Source: Candidatus Nanopelagicus sp.
GTDB taxonomy: Bacteria; Actinomycetota; Actinomycetes; Nanopelagicales; Nanopelagicaceae
Assembly (NCBI GenBank): GCA_044347205.1
Contig: JBIIXT010000001.1
Location: 12,988-76,987, forward strand
DNA length: 64,000 nucleotides
Reading direction: 5' to 3'
How positions within the stretch are numbered: position 1 is the first letter of the stretch; each line of letters opens with the position of its first letter. The notes beneath the pieces are model-generated. The model was given only the letters and a program-made list of their open reading frames with translations. It was not told the DNA's origin and made no database searches. This document shows positions 62,892 to 64,000 of the stretch, piece after piece. Made by a program: the position numbers and the translations under genes.

Positions 62892-63488
62892 TTAAATCGT
62901 CGCGTCAGCTTCTACGCGACGAATGTGCGCAAAGCCCATGATTGCTAGGATCAACATGAGCACTCCGCCAACTGCAGCTACATAAGCTGCATACATGGCA
63001 ATTTGTCCTAACTGCCAGAATGCGTAAGCAGTCAGTAACACACCACGAAGTGTTTCTCCCATAAATAAAGTAGTGCGTTGTCCCATTAGTGCGCCAGCTT
63101 TTGCAGCAAGTGCGGCATCATTTGGTGCAGCCTTTGATGCTGCAGATGCAGCAAGAGCCTCTCCACTAACCTCAGAATAAACTTTGCCACCGGCTATACC
63201 TTTTAAGTGGGAACCAATATAAAAATCGGCGTATGCCTGAGCTTGCTTACCAGTTGTAAGTGGCATTGCATCAAATGGATACAACGCTGTTTGAGCTTCT
63301 TGTGATAAAGCTCTAAAGCCTGCGCTATCTACTACTGGCATTGTAATTCTTTGTTGCTCTAACTGTAGTTTAACTGTGTCGTTAGCAAATGTGGCACCCC
63401 AGTTTAGTAAACCAGCAGCAACCAGTAATAGAACCGAAAGTCCTAAACCAACAAAGCTGACGATTCGATCGAAGGTTCGACGTTTCAT
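62892..63488 (-). CDS. Hypothetical membrane protein (N-terminal TM, extracytoplasmic domain, C-terminal TM region)
   Basis: MKRRTFDRIV start after GGAGAG SD; AQAYAD, GGKVYSE, GETLRG motifs; function unknown. Confidence 0.8.
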   Translation of the reverse strand: MKRRTFDRIVSFVGLGLSVLLLVAAGLLNWGATFANDTVKLQLEQQRITMPVVDSAGFRALSQEAQTALYPFDAMPLTTGKQAQAYADFYIGSHLKGIAGGKVYSEVSGEALAASAASKAAPNDAALAAKAGALMGQRTTLFMGETLRGVLLTAYAFWQLGQIAMYAAYVAAVGGVLMLILAIMGFAHIRRVEADATI

Positions 63489-63667
63489 TTTATTCTCTCC
63501 AGAATCTCTTATCATTAATTCGAGAAGCTCTCTACTTCTCATTGCTATGGATACTCTCCTAAGACAGGCAAGTTAAGAGAATAGGCGAGTGCTACCACTG
63601 CGCAGAGTGTGATTAAAAAGATCTGTGATGTTAGAGATACAAATTAAGGTGCAAAAACTTTGAAAAA

Positions 63668-63982
63668 TTAATCAGTATGTTTTGTGCAAATTTGTTGACC
63701 ATTTGCATCAACGCTCATATGTGCACAAGTAACCCCTAATTTATCAAAGGCTTTATCGCCAAAATGTGCCCGATACGCAAGTGCCAATAAAACGCGAACA
63801 TTTACATTTCCATCGGATCTAATTGAGAAGGCTTTTGAAACTCTGGAAACGGTATTTTCAATAACTTTTTCGCTATGGGCTGTCTGGGATGCAATTGCTG
63901 AGTTAGTAAAGCCTTCACAAAGATGCTCGCAGACTAATTGCTCAAACGGGGTCAACTCCCGCGTTAGTATATTTAGCTCCAA
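63668..63982 (-). CDS. Stand-alone LuxR-type HTH protein with Cys/His tail
   Basis: LTPFEQLVCEHLCEGFTNSAIA...SEKVIENTVSRV; TTG start after GGAGAG SD. Confidence 0.7.
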   Translation of the reverse strand: MELNILTRELTPFEQLVCEHLCEGFTNSAIASQTAHSEKVIENTVSRVSKAFSIRSDGNVNVRVLLALAYRAHFGDKAFDKLGVTCAHMSVDANGQQICTKHTD

Positions 63983-64000
63983 AACACACTCTCCAATGGG

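Noticed and set aside
62892-63488. Calling this protein an aromatic ring-opening dioxygenase subunit, a label I recall on similar proteins
   Set aside because: No catalytic motif or partner subunit is visible, so it is left as hypothetical.

Overview
A gene-dense, AT-rich segment of a streamlined actinobacterial chromosome. The protein sequences and gene order are actinobacterial while G+C is visibly low, which suggests a freshwater acI / Ca. Nanopelagicales-type organism (inference). It is mostly core genes in conserved actinobacterial blocks: dnaJ-rsmE-hit-phoH-ybeY-corC; FAH-gltX-tRNA-Gln-tRNA-Glu-IclR-leuCD-hup-plsC-gpsA-ddl-thiL-rpmB-recG-rsmD-coaD-sepIVA-yceD-rpmF-rnc-mutM-smc-ftsY-amtB-glnK-ffh-rpsP-khpA-rimM-trmD; DUF4193-dut-trkA-trkA-RNA methyltransferase-acnA-dxs-fadBA-rnd; NlpC-PimB'-fadD-glk-plsC; padR-ino1. 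I see no CRISPR array, transposase or prophage. The most notable observations are: (1) an intact 1035-aa SMC that appears to lack the whole hinge dimerisation domain; (2) two copies of a RecA-NDp/PafBC-type DNA-damage promoter (TGTCAGTG-N8-[-10]) in front of a solo Cas4-like 4-Cys nuclease and a small CxxC..CxxC protein; (3) pervasive leaderless-gene architecture, including very compact bidirectional promoters; (4) probable non-canonical starts for rnc and ybeY; (5) an inserted Fe3+ ABC operon preceded by a perfect 19-bp inverted repeat; (6) a sensor-less histidine kinase coupled to a fatty acyl-CoA synthetase; (7) a hydrolase fused to a membrane-anchor domain. All family assignments come from motif recognition by eye, not database searches.
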